64,000 nt of DNA, taken from positions 1,116,001 through 1,180,000 of the forward strand of contig CATNEN010000041.1 in assembly GCA_950097015.1 (NCBI GenBank), written 5' to 3'. Each line of letters begins with the position of its first letter. Position 1 is the first letter of the stretch. Both the position numbers and the translations under genes were made by a program. Of this stretch, positions 1-11,682 are shown piece after piece. The DNA comes from Macrostomum hystrix (lineage: Eukaryota; Animalia; Platyhelminthes). The notes under the pieces are model-generated. The model was not told where the DNA came from, ran no database searches, and worked only from the letters and a program-made list of their open reading frames with translations.

Positions 1-420
1 TGTTAAAAATGGGATTTCTCATAATCGCATGAGCCCTCGGCTAAACATTCAATAGTGAAAGCTAAAACACATTACAGTATGTCAATACATCTTCATGTAG
101 TTGTCTTTATATGGCAAGTTATTCACTTTGTTAGTAGGAAATAGGAATAAAAAATGAAATTGAAGCAGATTTAAAATACATGTTTAGTGTTAGTTAAAGT
201 TAAGCTACGAGCTAAATGTAAAATTGATGTTATATTTAGGCAAAATAATGTAAGCTTTTTATTAATTTGTCAATAAGTTGCAAAAGCATTGTCGAATTAA
301 GCGCATAAAAGCGATATTTAAAAGACAGCGGCTCTGACAAGCTCAGAAACAACTACAAATACCTTTGGCCTATTTACATAACTATTATAAAATGCTCAGT
401 AAAATCAAATGGTTAAAATC

Positions 421-1615
<1,195 letters not shown>

Positions 1616-2104
1616 CTGACTGGGAATGACAGTCGAATTTATTCTCCATTCCTAATGAAGAAACAGGAATTTTGAGTATTGCTGAATTGTATGCAGAAAC
1701 TGGTGCAGCGTGTCAGGGTGTTTGCATCTGCTTTGCTGCTAAAATAAGCTCAAACCAGCACAAAGCACACAGTTATTCGAGAAATGTAAAATAAAGAACA
1801 AAAACTGTTTCTGTCTTTCACCTGACCACTAAGCGCAAAGCAGAAAATCGCTGCAGCTGCTCACCTGAGAAAAATGTGAGCAGGACTCAGGCCTGTGAGC
1901 AGTACGGTTCGAGGTAGAAAAAACAAAGGCGAAGCAGAAATGCGAGACCAAAGCTAAAATAAAAGTTGAGTTGAGGCAGCCAGAATGACAATATTTGAGA
2001 CAAGAGATTAAAACCAACCTCCAGAGACTCCGAACGGCCCCGCCTGAGCACACTCACCAAGGAGGCTGCAGCAGGACTCACCGAAGCTCTCTCCGTTTCA
2101 GCCG

Positions 2105-3643
2105 ATGGCCACTGCGGAGCAGTTGCGAGCTGCTCTGGAGGCTGACGATCCCGAGCGGCTGCTGGGGCTGTGCCGGCAGCTGGACAGCAACCTGACAGTG
2201 ACTGTCAAAGGTTACAAGGCCACCGTGGCTCACCACATTGCTTGCAAGACCTACGGACTCGACTGCCTGAAGCTGCTGGTGGACAACTTAGGCGCTGCTG
2301 TTCTCACAAGAGTAAAGGACCAATTCCGCAATGCACCTCTGCACCTGGCAGCTCAATACCAGGATGAGGCGTGGATGGAGTTCATTCACAGCCGTCTGGG
2401 ACAGCAGTGCTTCGAAGTCAGAGGACAGTGCAACAGAAGCATTGTGCACATGGCAGCCAAGAACCGGCATAGCAACTCTGCGCTGAAGTGGCTGGCCAGA
2501 AATACCGGACCGGGCTGCCTCGGAGAGAAGGATTCCAACAACAATTCCCCAGTGCACATTGCGGCCTGCTATCAGGGCGATGATTCGATGAAGTTCTTCA
2601 AGGAGCAGCTCGGAGCTCACTGCTTCCGTCAGTTAGGAAATGTTGGCCGCACCCCCGTTCACTGTGCCGCCATGAATGAGGGCAGCAACTCGGCCCTCGG
2701 CTGGCTGCTCCGCGAGTGCGGCCCGGACTGTCTCACTGAGAAGGATGACCTGGGAGACACGGCCGTTCATCTGGCCGCGTGGAGGCAGGGCGAGGACTCG
2801 ATGCGAATGATCAAGGAGCAGCTCGGACTGGACTGCTTTCATCAGCGAGGCCAATTCGGACGCACGGCAGTTCTGTGGGCCGCCATGAATGAAGGCAGCA
2901 ACTGGGCCCTCAGGTGGCTGATTGGAGCATGCGGCAAAAACTCGCTTATGGAGAAGGATGACCAGGGAAACACGGCCGTTCATCTGGCCGCATGGAGGCA
3001 GGGCGAGGACTCGATGCGGATGATCAAGGAGCAGCTCGGGTCTCTCGACTTTATGGTGAAAGGCCTGGGCGGGGGTACAGCCGTTCATTTCGCTGCTAAA
3101 AATGCGACCAGCAACTCCGCCCTGGCCTGGTGCATCAAGGAGCTGGGCCCGAGGTGCCTGCTGGAGAAGGACTCAAAGGACAGAATGCCGATTCACCTGG
3201 CTGCTGAGCACCAGGATGAGAAGTCGATGCAGCTGGCGGTGAGCACACTCGGACCGGACTGTCTCACGGTGCCAGGTGAGAAGCTGCGGACTGCAGCTCA
3301 CTGCGCAGCCACCAACTTAAGGAGCAGCTCCGCGCTGAGGTGGATTGTCAGTCAGCTGGGAGTCGAGTGCCTGAAGCTCATCGATGCCGAGGGCAGCATG
3401 GTTCTGCACCTGGCAGCTCAGCACCAAGGCGTGGACTCGCTGAAGCTTATCAGGGACTCGCTGGGTGTCGCCGCATTCAAGTTGAAGGGTCGCGGTGGCA
3501 AGACGGTCGCCCACTACGCCGCCGCGAGCAGCCAGAAGCGGGAGCTGATCGCGTGGATCGGCAGCGAGATCGGGCGCGAAAGTCTGCTTGTGCCGGACGA
3601 CAGGGGGTGGACGGCCGCTGAGCTTGCAGGCTACTATGAGTAG
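2105..3643 (+). CDS. Intronless ankyrin-repeat protein, 512 aa
   Basis: ATG-to-TAG ORF with about 14 ankyrin-like motifs (e.g. GDTAVHLAAW, GRTPVHCAAM, RMPIHLAAEH, GKTVAHYAAA) alternating in a 71-aa two-repeat unit. An acceptor-like site (ctctccgtttcag) ends at 2101, 3 nt before the ATG. Confidence 0.92.
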   Translation: MATAEQLRAALEADDPERLLGLCRQLDSNLTVTVKGYKATVAHHIACKTYGLDCLKLLVDNLGAAVLTRVKDQFRNAPLHLAAQYQDEAWMEFIHSRLGQQCFEVRGQCNRSIVHMAAKNRHSNSALKWLARNTGPGCLGEKDSNNNSPVHIAACYQGDDSMKFFKEQLGAHCFRQLGNVGRTPVHCAAMNEGSNSALGWLLRECGPDCLTEKDDLGDTAVHLAAWRQGEDSMRMIKEQLGLDCFHQRGQFGRTAVLWAAMNEGSNWALRWLIGACGKNSLMEKDDQGNTAVHLAAWRQGEDSMRMIKEQLGSLDFMVKGLGGGTAVHFAAKNATSNSALAWCIKELGPRCLLEKDSKDRMPIHLAAEHQDEKSMQLAVSTLGPDCLTVPGEKLRTAAHCAATNLRSSSALRWIVSQLGVECLKLIDAEGSMVLHLAAQHQGVDSLKLIRDSLGVAAFKLKGRGGKTVAHYAAASSQKRELIAWIGSEIGRESLLVPDDRGWTAAELAGYYE

Positions 3644-3926
3644 GTGGAGCGCGCATGCTTCTAGGACAGAGTGATACTATTTGAAGACAATGTGTTTTTT
3701 GAAGAGATTTTTAGTATAAAATCCGATAAATGCTTTTTATTTTTAATTTTAATTTTTTTAAAAACTTTTTTACTTCCTAACGATTCTCGCTCGGATATTC
3801 TAGCCAAAATTGTGAAAAAATGTCCTTTGCCGCCTACTCACAATGAGCCAGTAGTCAAGAATACAAATTCTAATAACTTAAAAATCTCATTCGATCCGGA
3901 AAATATTATTTTTATCCTTCATGTTT

Positions 3927-5120
3927 GATGAGAAATATGAGTCTGGGATGAGAAAGATGAGTCTGGGATGAGAAAGATGAGTCAAGGATGAGAAAGATGA
4001 GTCTGGGATGAGAAAGATGAGTCTAGGATGAGAAAGATAAGTCTAGGATAATAAAGATGAGTCTAGGATGAGAAAGATGAATCTGGGATGAGAAGGCTCG
4101 AGTCTAGGATGAGAAAGATGAGTCTAAGATGAGAAAGATGAGTCTGAGATGAGAAAGATGAGTCTGGTATGAGAAAGATGAGTCTAGGATGAGAAAGATG
4201 AGTCTAGGATAATAAAGATGAGTCTAGGATGAGAAAGATGAGCCTGGGATAATAAAGATGAATCTGGGATGAGAAGGCTCGAGTCTAGGATGAGAAATAT
4301 TAGTCTGGGATGAGAAAGATGAGTCTGGGATGAGAAAGATGAGTCTAGGATGAGAAAGATAAGTCTAGGATAATAAAGATGAGTCTAGGATGAGAAAGAT
4401 GAATCTGGGATGAGAAGGCTCGAGTCTAGGATGAGAAAGATGAGTCTAAGATGAGAAAGATGAGTCTGAGATGAGAAAGATGAGTCTGGTATGAGAAAGA
4501 TGAGTCTAGGATGAGAAAGATGAGTCTAGGATAATAAAGATGAGTCTAGGATGAGAAAGATGAGCCTGGGATAATAAAGATGAATCTGGGATGAGAAGGC
4601 TCGAGTCTAGGATGAGAAATATTAGTCTGGGATGAGAAAGATGAGTCTGGGATGAGAAAGATGAGTCTAGGATGAGAAAGATTAGTCTAGGATGAGAAAG
4701 ATGAGTCTGGGATGAGAAAGATGAGTCTAGGATTAGAAAGATGAGTCTGGGATGAGAAAGATGAGTCAAGGATGAGAAAGATGAGTCTGGGATGGGAAAG
4801 ATGAGTCTGGGATGAGAAAGATGAGTCTGGGATGAGAAAGATGAGTCTGGGATGAGAAAGATGAGTCTGGGATGAGAAAGATGAGTCAAGGATGAGAAAG
4901 ATGAGTCAAGGATGAGAAAGATGAGTCTGGAATGAGAAATATGAGTCTGGGATGAGAAAGATGAGTCAAGGATGAGAAAGATGAGTCAAGGATGAGAAAG
5001 ATGAGTCTGGGATGAGAAAGATGAGTCTGGGATGAGAAAGATGAGTCTGGGATGAGAAAGATGAGTCAAGGATGAGAAAGATGAGTCTGGGATGAGAAAG
5101 ATAAGTCAAGGATGAGAAAG
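3927..5120. repeat. 20-bp minisatellite (GATGAGAAAGATGAGTCTGG), about 59 copies
   Basis: Direct tandem repetition visible in the sequence. Confidence 0.97.
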
Positions 5121-5721
5121 TTCAGTTATCATAGTCCTGAGATTGTAGGCAATATAAATAGCTGTTTCTAAAGCTCTTCCAGTGTTTCAGTGCAAGCTAT
5201 TAACAAATATCAGCAGAGTTCTTCCTCTAGTCTGCAGGATAGCCAATCAAATTGCAGAGTACTGGACTGTACTGAATTCCTGAACTGTACTAAGTTCAGA
5301 CGCAGTTACCGCCGGAACCCAGAGAGGACAGCTGAGCTACACCGGGTGGGATTAGAGTGCTCAACTTCTGTCCCTAGCCGGGCATGCGCGCATTACAGCT
5401 TCTCTGAACTGTCCAAGAGCATTGGCTCCCACTTTGGCTTGAATGCCAGGAGGGTCGGACAGGTTAGGGGCAGGGCAGGTGAGTCAGCTCACGGACACCC
5501 TAAACTGTCAGTGTCAGCAGCCTCCCGCTTCATCTCTCTCGTCCTAGTTCAACTATAAAGGGAAAAATCCCATTCTGTGGCAACCCACACGCGAAAGTAA
5601 ATATCACAGCTGAGGAAATGCCAGCATTGAGAAGGTCCTCATCAGCAAGAGGAACTGTGAGTCTGGTCCTGCTCTGTCGGAGCACTTTCAGTTTGGCATT
5701 GTTGGAATGGGACTGGCAGGG

Positions 5722-5862
5722 AATGTGACAGGTAGGCGATGAGACAGGTAGGGAATGTCACAGGTAGGGAATGTCACAGCTAGAGAATGTCACAGGTAGG
5801 GAATGTCACAGGTAGGGAATGTCACAGGTAGGGAATGTCACAGGTAGGGAATGTCACAGGTA
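5722..5862. repeat. 16-bp minisatellite (ACAGGTAGGGAATGTC), about 8 copies
   Basis: Tandem copies, each containing CAG|GT. Confidence 0.93.
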
Positions 5863-5880
5863 GTGAGCATGAATATTCAG

Positions 5881-8800
5881 CTCGCTGTCCGATCGTCTGC
5901 AGGATCGTCAACGCCTTCAGGACTCGGCAGGCAATGCCCGTCAGCGACGGCCCTCTGGAGGAGGCGGCGGCAACGCCGGCGGAGGCGGGACCGCAGGCTG
6001 CTCCGTGCTGGACCTGCTAGAGCTGCGAAGCATCGTTGCACAGCAGCAGGATGACAAGCAGCGATTGGCGGAGAGAATACTTAGGGTGACGGCGAGCGGT
6101 AGGTTTCTGAGAGAAGCACTCTGATCCACTCCTCTTCCCTGATCCTTCAGGTGGAATGCCAGCCCCTCTCCCCTGATCCTTCAGGTGGAATGCCAGCCCC
6201 TCTCCCCTGATCCTTCAGGTGGAATGCCAGCCCCTCTCCCCTGATCCTTCAGGTGGAATGCCAGCCCCTCTCCCCTGATCCTTCAGGTGGAATGCCAGCC
6301 CTCTCCCCTGATCCTTCAGGTGGAATGCCAGCCCCTCTCGCCTGATCCTTCGGGTGGAATGCCAGCCCCTCTCGCCTGATCCTTCAGGTGGAATGCCAGC
6401 CCCTCTCCCCCCCGATCCTTCAGGTGGAATGCCAGCCTCTCTCCCCCCGATCCTTCAGGTGGAATGCCAGCCCCTCTCCCCCGATCCTTCAGGTGAAATG
6501 CCAGCCCCTCTCCCCCGATCCTTCAGGTGAAATGCCAGCCCCTCTCCCCCGATCCTTCAGGTGAAATGCCAGCCCCTCTCCCCCGATCCTTCAGGTGAAA
6601 TGCCAGCCCCTCTCCCCCGATCCTTCAGGTGAAATGCTAGCACTTCTTCCCTGTCCTTCAGCCAGTTGTAAATAATTTTTTATAGAACGAGAACTAGTCC
6701 TGGAATTGGAACGACTCCGAAGGAGAATCGGAGGTAGCGGCAGCGGCGGCGGCAGCGGCGGCGGCCCTGACTCAGCCGCACAGCTCGAGCGCTACCTGAG
6801 AGGCGTGGAGGAGGACCGGGAGTTCTGGAAGGCCGAGGCGGACCGCCTGTCGCGCATGCTGCAGCTGCCGGCACTGCAAGTTAGCAGCGACCGGGCTGAG
6901 AGCTCAGAGAGACACCGCAGCAGAGAAGTGCGAAAGCTCCTGCGGAAGCAGGGTGGGATTCATTAGGGAGTTTGAGCAGGATGGGATTTATTAGGGAGTT
7001 TGAGCAGGATGGGATTTATTAGGGAGTTTGAGCAGGATAGGATTCATTAGGGAGTTTGAGCAGGATAGGATTCATTAGGGAGTTTGAGCAGGATAGGATT
7101 CATTAGGGAGTTTGAGCAGGATAGGATTCATTAGGGAGTTTGAGCAGGATGGGATTCATTAGGGAGTTTGAGCAGGATAGGATTCATTAGGGAGTTTGAG
7201 CAGGATGGGATTCATTAGGGAGTTTGAGCAGGATGGGATTCATTAGGGAGTTTTAGCAGGATGGGATTCATTAGGGAGTTTGAGCAGGATGCAGGATGGG
7301 ATTCATTAGGGAGTTTGAGCAGGATGGGATTCATTAGGGAGTTTGAGCAGGATGCAGGATGGGATTCATTAGGGAGTTTGAGCAGGATGGGATTCATTAG
7401 GGAGTTTGAGCAGGATAGGATTCATTAGGGAGTTTGAGCAGGATAGGATTCATTAGGGAGTTTTAGCAGGATGGGATTCATTAGGGAGTTTTAGCAGGAT
7501 GGGATTCATTAGGGAGTTTGAGCAGGATAGGATTCCTTAGGGAGTTTGAGCAGGATAGGATTAATTAGGGAGTTTGAGCAGGATAGGATTCATTAGGGAG
7601 TTTGAGCAGGATAGGATTCATTAGGGAGTTTTAGCAGGATGGGATTCATTAGGGAGTTTGAGCAGGATGCAGGATGGGATTCATTAGGGAGTTTTAGCAG
7701 GATGGGATTAATTAGGGAGTTTGAGCAGGATGGGATCCATTAGGGAGTTTGAGCAGGATAGGATTCATTAGGGAGTTTGAGCAGGATGGGATTCATTAGG
7801 GAGTTTGAGCAGGATAGGATTCATTAGGGAGTTTGAGCAGGATGGGATTCATTAGGGAGTTTGAGCAGGATGCAGGATGGGATTCATTAGGGAGTTTTAG
7901 CAGGATGGGATTCATTAGGGAGTTTTAGCAGGATGGGATTCATTAGGGAGTTTGAGCAGGATAGGATTCCTTAGGGAGTTTGAGCAGGATAGGATTAATT
8001 AGGGAGTTTGAGCAGGATAGGATTCATTAGGGAGTTTGAGCAGGATAGGATTCATTAGGGAGTTTTAGCAGGATGGGATTCATTAGGGAGTTTGAGCAGG
8101 ATGCAGGATGGGATTCATTAGGGAGTTTTAGCAGGATGGGATTAATTAGGGAGTTTGAGCAGGATGGGATCCATTAGGGAGCTTGAGCAGGATGGGATTC
8201 ATTAGGAAGCTTGAGCTGGATGGTATTCTTGACGAGTTTGAGCAGTATGTACTCACTCTTACCACATTCCAACTCGATAGAGGTCACCGTCTCCTGGCCG
8301 CTCGCAGCTCGCGGCCGCTGTCGAGTTGTCCCGAGTTCGCCGCGAGCGGGACGAGCTGCGCCAGGTTCTGGACCGCTTCGAGAGCCACCTGAGCGACATC
8401 CAGTCGGAGGTGCGGTCGGTGGCTCGAGAGAGAAGCGAACTGGCCAGGTCGCTGGTGGAGGCGCAGGCGGAGCAGCAGCGGCTGCGGCGACAGTCGGCTG
8501 CGGGGGCCACGTCGGCCCAGGCGCTGGTGAAGCGGCTGGAGGCCGGGCGAGACGAGGCGGCTCTGGAGGCGCGACGAATTTCGGCTGAGCGCGAGAGACT
8601 GCGGGCGACAGCCGAGGCAGCGGAGGGCGATAGGGCGAGGCTGCAGCTGCGAGTGACCGACGCAGAGGCTGCAGTTCGAGCGGTGAGGATCGGAAGTACA
8701 TGACAGCCCGAGGATCTGAAGTAGGGAGCAGCCCGAGGATCTGAAGTAGGGAACAGCCCGAGGATCTGAAGTGGGGAACAGCCTGAGGATCTGAAGTGGG

Positions 8801-10596
8801 GAACAGCCTGAGGATCTGAAGTAGGGAACAGCCTCAGGATCTGAAGTAGGGAACAGCCTGAGGATCTGAAGTAGGGAGCAGCCTGAGGATCTGAAGTGGG
8901 GAACAGCCTAAGGATCTGAAGTGGGGAACAGCCTGAGGATCTGAAGTGGGGAACAGCCTAAGGATCTGAAGTGGGGAACAGCCTGAGGATCTGAAGTGGG
9001 GAACAGCCTAAGGATCTGAAGTGGGGAACAGCCTGAGGATCCGAAGTGGGGAGCAGCCCGAGGATCTGAAGTAGGGAACAGCCTGAGGATCTGAAGTGGG
9101 GAACAGCCTAAGGATCTGAAGTGGGGAACAGCCTGAGGATCTGAAGTGGGGAACAGCCTGAGGATCTGAAGTGGGGAACAGCCTGAGGATCTGAAGTGGG
9201 GAACAGCCTAAGGATCTGAAGTGGGGAACAGCCTGAGGATCCGAAGTGGGGAGCAGCCCGAGGATCTGAAGTAGGGAGCAGCCTGAGGATCTGAAGTAGG
9301 GAACAGCCTGAGGATCTGAAGTGGGGAACAGCCTAAGGATCTGAAGTGGGGAACAGCCTGAGGATCTGAAGTGGGGAACAGCCTGAGGATCTGAAGTGGG
9401 GAACAGCCTGAGGATCTGAAGTGGGGAACAGCCTGAGGATCTGAAGTGGGGAACAGCCTGAGGATCTGAAGTGTGGAACAGCCTAAGCATCTGAAGTAGA
9501 TGCCAGCCTGATAAAATGGTGAATTGCCCCTAAAAGTGCTTTACCTTTCGAAAATGCAGCTCGCAGTCGAGCGCGCTGACCTCGCAAGCCGAGAGGCGGC
9601 ACAGCGGCTTCACTGCGCCGAGGCAACTCAGCGGCTGCAGTCGCTCGAGCAGCGGCTCGACCGTCAGGCCGAGGAGACCGCCGAGGGCGAGCGGCGCAGT
9701 CGTCGACACGAGGCGGAGTCGGCCGAGCGGCTGCGTCGGTTGGAAGCGGAGCTTCAGGCGGCTCAAGAGCTGGCGGAGCAGCTGACGGAGGAGCTGGAGG
9801 CTGTTCGGGTCGAGCTGGCCTCCGTACAGGACCGGGAGCAGCGCCTGAGGCTCGAGACGCACGAAGCTCGAGCGGAGACACGGCTGATGCAAGAGAGGCT
9901 GGAAGCAGCCGAGACCGAGGCCGACCTGCGCGGGCGCGAGCTGGTGCGGCAGAGGCAGCGCTGCGGAGAGCTGGAGGCTGAGGCGGAGAGGCTGGCGAGG
10001 ACCCTCGGCGCGGAGAGGCTCACTGGAGCTGCTGCCGTGGCCGCCGCCTGGAGCCACAGAAGGAGTGGGTAAGTCATGAGGATGGGCTCGAGGGGCGGAT
10101 GAAGGATGAAGCAATGAGAAGGGCGGATGAAGCAGTGAGAGGGGCGCATAAAGCAGTGAGTGGGGCGGATGAAGCAGTGAGAGGGGCGCATAAAGCAGTG
10201 AGAAGGGGGTCGGATGAAGCAGTGAGTGGGGCGGATGAAGCAGTGAGAGGGGCGGATTGAGTAGTGAGAGGGGCGGATGAAGCAACAAGAGGGGCTGAGG
10301 GATGGATTTACGCTCCGAAAGTCCTGAAAGACCACTCTAGCCTTCAGAAGAGCCATATCAGATCGGTCTTGCAAACTCCCAGTGACAATCATGGTCGGAG
10401 GCTCATTGCTGACAACTTGGCACCGGAAAGCCTGGACTTCAGAAGAAGTCCGGATGAGGCTCAGAATCTGTTCAAATTGCACAAAACAACTAGCGAGTTG
10501 AGAACCCAGCAGCAGCAGCAGCAGCAGCAGCAGAGACTCAGACACTTCAGCAGTTCTTGCCTGCTGCATGGCAACTGTCCGCTTCATCCGCAGTGA
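5881..10596 (+). CDS. CEP135/TSGA10 (Bld10)-like coiled-coil protein, multi-exon, 5' end unresolved
   Basis: Phase-compatible exons: 5881 (or 5903)-6098, 6686-6927 (alternative donor 6879), 8281-8682, 9560-10068, 10341-10596. Spliced peptides KQRLAERILRVTASERELVLELERLRR, QLERYLRGVEEDREFWKAEADRL, RVRRERDELRQVLDRFESHLSDIQSEV and DREQRLRLETHEARAETRLMQERL match recalled CEP135/TSGA10 segments (KQRLSKK..TERQLTLEVER; LDTFLKGIEEERDYYKKELERL; ITRERDELQRMLERFEKYMEDIQSNV; DKEFHSHLTSHEKDTEIQLLKEKL) in the same order. Confidence 0.8.
6131..6660. repeat. 34-36-bp intronic minisatellite (CCTGATCCTTCAGGTGGAATGCCAGCCCCTCTCC), about 15 copies
   Basis: Tandem copies fill the intron 6099-6685. Confidence 0.96.
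6946..8250. repeat. 28-bp intronic minisatellite (AGCAGGATGGGATTCATTAGGGAGTTTG), about 45 copies
   Basis: Tandem copies with an occasional 6-bp insertion; degenerates toward the 8280 acceptor. Confidence 0.97.
8683..9500. repeat. 25-bp intronic minisatellite (GAGGATCTGAAGTGGGGAACAGCCT), about 32 copies
   Basis: Array begins at the GTGAGG donor at 8683. Confidence 0.97.
10090..10290. repeat. About 22-bp intronic minisatellite (GGGGCGGATGAAGCAGTGAGA)
   Basis: Degenerate tandem copies in the intron 10069-10340. Confidence 0.85.
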
Positions 10597-11245
10597 AAGT
10601 AAATTACAGCTGGGTCACATTGTGCAGACTTCACAGATCACTTGGTGGCTGATCACAAATTGTATTTGCGGCATCCTTTGCTTCCTGAGTGTCACAATGC
10701 ATCATTTATTATTGCTAATATAAAACCAAGCTCACATGATTTTATGCTACGATTAATAAACACTTCTTTTCAGAAGTCGTCGCTACTCGAATTCGAACCT
10801 CCGACCTTCCAGCTCTCTCACACAAATCCAATCAAAGGCGGACAACTTTGATGACGAAGACCTGTGACCCGCTAGACACAAAGACCTGTGACCCGCTAGA
10901 CACAAGATGACACGCAACTAGGAAATCGGCTTATCTTCTTATTCCTTTACCGTCGAACATATTTCATACCTGTAGCTGTCATTTTTGTTTATCTGCATTG
11001 CCATGCATATAGTCCATGCATTGCTAATCTCGAGAATTAATAACACACTAGCTTTCTTAGAAGTTCTAGTTCAAATTTTTCAGCTTTTCTCAAACAAATT
11101 TCTACAGTGGAAATTGCTTCAATAAGTGCAGGGCACAATAAAAAACTGCTTTTATAAAATCTAAACTAATATTTTTTTAATTTCTCCTAAAATTTGTTAC
11201 AGTTTTAAGGATGTTAACGAAGCCTAAGGTGAGATCTTCTTTTGG

Positions 11246-11380
11246 TAGTGTGAAATCTGCAGAACTGGGTGTGAAATCTGCAGAACTGGGTGTGAAATCT
11301 GCAGAACTGGGTGTGAAATCTGCAGAACTGGGTGTGAAATCTGCAGAACTGGGTGTGAAATCTGCAGAACTGGTTGTGAA
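11246..11380. repeat. 21-bp minisatellite (GTGTGAAATCTGCAGAACTGG), 6 copies
   Basis: Direct tandem copies. Confidence 0.95.
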
Positions 11381-11682
11381 AGCTAGAATGTTGCGGCTGC
11401 TTTCATGGACATTTAATTTGCTGATTGAATCTGTCAAAATGCGCAAAAAGTGTATAATGTTATATGAGTATGAACTCGGCCCACAGGTGTAAGCAGGTTC
11501 AAGAACACTATGTATTTTTTAAAGGTTCTCTTCAGTGTGTCCGAACTGGTGCAAAAAATGCTGTTGCGGTTTTTAAAAAATTGTCGAATTTTTTACTTTG
11601 GAAAAAAACAAAAAACGGATTGACGTTCCGAAAAAAAACAATTATGACGCTGCTACAACTGTGCTCAAAGCTTCGGAGAATC

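Noticed and set aside
5190-5558. 122-aa ORF as the 5' exon of the CEP135-like gene
   Set aside because: No coiled-coil character or similarity to the recalled CEP135 N-terminus, and a GTG start in unbiased sequence.
6946-8250. TTAGGG in every repeat unit, suggesting an interstitial telomere
   Set aside because: Only one hexamer per 28-bp unit and never in tandem.
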